The notes below the pieces were generated by a model. It saw only the letters and a list, made by a program, of their open reading frames with translations, made no database searches and was not told the DNA's origin. Below, one piece after another: positions 61,071 to 64,000 of a DNA stretch of 64,000 nt (its first letter is position 1; each line of letters begins with the position of its first letter). This stretch comes from Ruditapes philippinarum (lineage: Eukaryota). Made by a program: the position numbers and the translations under genes. Location of the stretch: positions 62,001 through 126,000 of the forward strand of contig NW_026857024.1 of the NCBI RefSeq assembly GCF_026571515.1, given 5' to 3'.

Positions 61071-64000
61071 ATTAATACAAAAAGTTGTATTTGATGAACT
61101 TTGGTTTATAGTGTCGGAGATTTATGAATTATCTTTATAACAATCTTTTCCAGATTTTAATTCAATTATAGCTCTTCTTTTTAAACTTATTAAAACAATC
61201 CTTTTAATTTTTGTCATATTTATATGGATAAAATATGCATAAAATATGCAAAAATTGTAGTAAAATGTTAAGATTATAAGTATCTAAGTTTCACCTTAAA
61301 ACACTTTGTGAAATAAGATATACAATTCTTAGGAACGTTTTTAGGACATTTTGGTAACTGATTTACATGTACTGTAATAAGTTGTTATGTGAGGTAATGA
61401 TATATGTACGAAATGACTTCGGGAAAATGTTTTAGAGAAGTCTTTCTTCTGGCTTCTGATGTGTATTTTATTTTCAATTAAAAGCACGTTTTTTGTTGAC
61501 CTGCGAGGTGAAGAATGTTTAAATACTTATCATTCCAACGTCATTGACGTTGTGCTTAATTCAGTTTAGATAATAACTAGATTAAATAGTTAATCTTATC
61601 ATCTTAAGATATATTCCGAAGACACGCGCGTTAGATAGAGTAACAATTCTCTCGGGGCTTATTTTCTAAACCATCACTAACCGGACATTTGCACCGTCAA
61701 ATCTATGTACCATTTTCTGTCGTTTATATATACAATTATAGATTTTTTATTCTTTACACGTCTTCACACAAAGTATGAAGATTTCAGAAGAATTAGTGCT
61801 AAGTGGAAAACATATCTGATTCGTTTAAATTATCGGCACAGGACGTATTCAACAGTTAACAATACAATGTAAATATAAAACGGTTTGTTCGAAATGTTTA
61901 TTCTATAAAAAGCATTTAACAAAAATAATGATTAGGTATATTGAGATGCTGTGTGAGTGGTTTTCTTCGTATTGCAGTGCAATGTTATATTGAGTAACAT
62001 TATTTAATGTATAGGATCACATATGAATAGCCTTATGTCTACGGTAAAATGCAAACCAATTGTGTTTCAAGTTAAAGACTTAAAGATTATGCCGTGGAAT
62101 GATATCATTTTTATTTCTCAAAAACATTTTATTTCCCTTATTTTGTTACAGTTTTTAAAAAATACCCATTTGCCATATAGATGAACTGTCTTTGCTTCTT
62201 TTGCTTTGTTTGTAAATGATATAATTATTGTGAATAAGTATTTTGTATGGAAGTCAAAATACTACCATGTTTACATTCTGCCACCTTTACAATGCATTAC
62301 TGCAAATTCAGCACTACTTTCTTCAGCTGTTAAACGTCTTTTGTGATTGATCTAAATCCAGTATTAAAACATAATTAAACACATATTTGCCATTTCTAAA
62401 GATATAAAAATATGGATTTTTGAAGCATAATGTGCCTTTAACTATTTTATAACCTCCTGACAAAACGTAATTCTTCAGTTATACTTAATTTGGTATCCTC
62501 AGTAATGTAATGAAAGTTGAGTACAAATACAGAATGCAAAATAACCTGGATGATGCAACTCAAAATGAAGAGATAAGTAATTATGTTACAATTTTTGTTT
62601 GTTCTTCGTAACAGTTGTCTTATCTATTTGTCTGTTTTGATTAAACAGATATTCGGGAGGATGGAAGTTGAAGGCCTATAGCAGATTTTGTAAGACTGAC
62701 ATAAAAAAATAAGGGAAATATGAACTCTCTTTAGTTATTCATTTTAAACATTAAAACTGATATAGATAGACGTACGTGTTACAATATATTTACTAAATTC
62801 ACAGCAACTTGCAGAGAAGCTCACTTTTCAGTAATTTATCACTATTATTCTTCACTTTTGTGTAAAACATTATTATGACCAATAAAATAATTTATTGTTT
62901 ACATCTTGAATCTAACATGTATCTCAATCATCTAAATCATTACAGTATTATTAGCCACGAATATTATAATGATTGATTGACCGATCTTATGCCAATTTGC
63001 AAACGTATTGCCACTTAAAATCTTGCAGACTGATTGACAGAGATATTATTATGATAAATTATAGACTGGAACTTTTATAATAATGTGAACTGTATAGTTA
63101 AGATGAAGTTACCTGGTAGGAATTATAACATGATTTATCATTGTATCATAGTATTTTGTCCGGTAAGTGTCTAGTACAGTGATAGAAGTTCCATTATTTC
63201 AGTCATAATTATAATCTTTATTCAATAAAAAGCTTAACTTTTTCAATTATAATATACATGTACATATTAATGTTTTACATAGTCTGATTCACTTTCAAAG
63301 ACAGTCCTTATCAATTTTAAAGATATCTTGGTTATAAATGCAATCCAGATCTGTAATTGAGTATGTTGGAGACGTTAATGAAACTAACTTACAGTAACAA
63401 CTATATTCAAAGAGCATATTTTATCTATCCATTTATCATAGGTATTTCATTATTTACAGAAACAAAATCATTCGGCTAAATTTAATCCTTGGGATACATA
63501 GCTTAGGATTATGCAAAATAAGAAGAATGTACTACAAATTATTTGAAAGTAAATGTTAGCCAGCCACTGAGAAAGACGTTGGTTTATTAAGTATTTAAAA
63601 ATGTTTCCATTGTCCAAACAGTAATATGATAATATTTTGTCCTAATGATTAAAAGAAATCAATGGAAAGTACCTGAGCTGAGCAGAAATATATTTCAATT
63701 TTTCAGTGATTTATATCAATTTTTAAATTCTTAGAATTAAAAGCCTTAATGATATAACAAAAGCCTGTACTTAATTTACTCTCATGCATGAACTACTTAC
63801 TTGAAGAAATTTTAGGTATTTACGTCTAGATTTATATGTTTAAAGAGACTCAGAACATATAGAGGTGGTTTATGATGTTCAGTACCCTGACGAAAATTGG
63901 AAGTCAAATGGCTAACGATAATAATGTTCATCACATAATTGTTCGAGACAAATATTTACTACTCTAATCTTTGTAATACATACATAAAGTCAAATTAAAA

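Noticed and set aside
62470-62690. Possible small exons (MKVEYKYRMQNNLDDATQNEEI; YSGGWKLKAYSRF)
   Set aside because: The splice phases do not join without a stop, and no family could be recognised.

Overview
AT-rich, intron-containing animal genomic DNA. The repeat types suggest a bivalve mollusc; this is an inference, not a database match. The one clearly intact host gene is a 10-exon Delta-type Notch ligand on the + strand (~13.3-22.2 kb, ~630 aa: signal peptide, C2/MNNL, DSL, 9 EGF repeats). It ends in a GPI-anchor-like signal rather than a transmembrane helix plus cytoplasmic tail, and its first coding exon has no obvious in-frame ATG. Downstream (~26-49 kb) is a multi-layer transposon nest. 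A decayed Ngaro/DIRS tyrosine-recombinase retroelement (gag, RT, RNase H, YR, SGNH hydrolase) is split by a DDE DNA transposon, whose intron holds a young I-clade LINE with a 13-bp TSD. The nest also holds MITEs, an Academ-like element inserted into the 3' end of a Naiad/Penelope-like element with a SECIS-like hairpin, and many short structured elements that look like Penelope tails. Both flanks carry heavily decayed relics that resemble signal peptide + PAN/apple + C-type lectin genes, and there is a tandem segmental duplication at 51.6-58 kb. All calls come from manual reading and translation; no searches were run.
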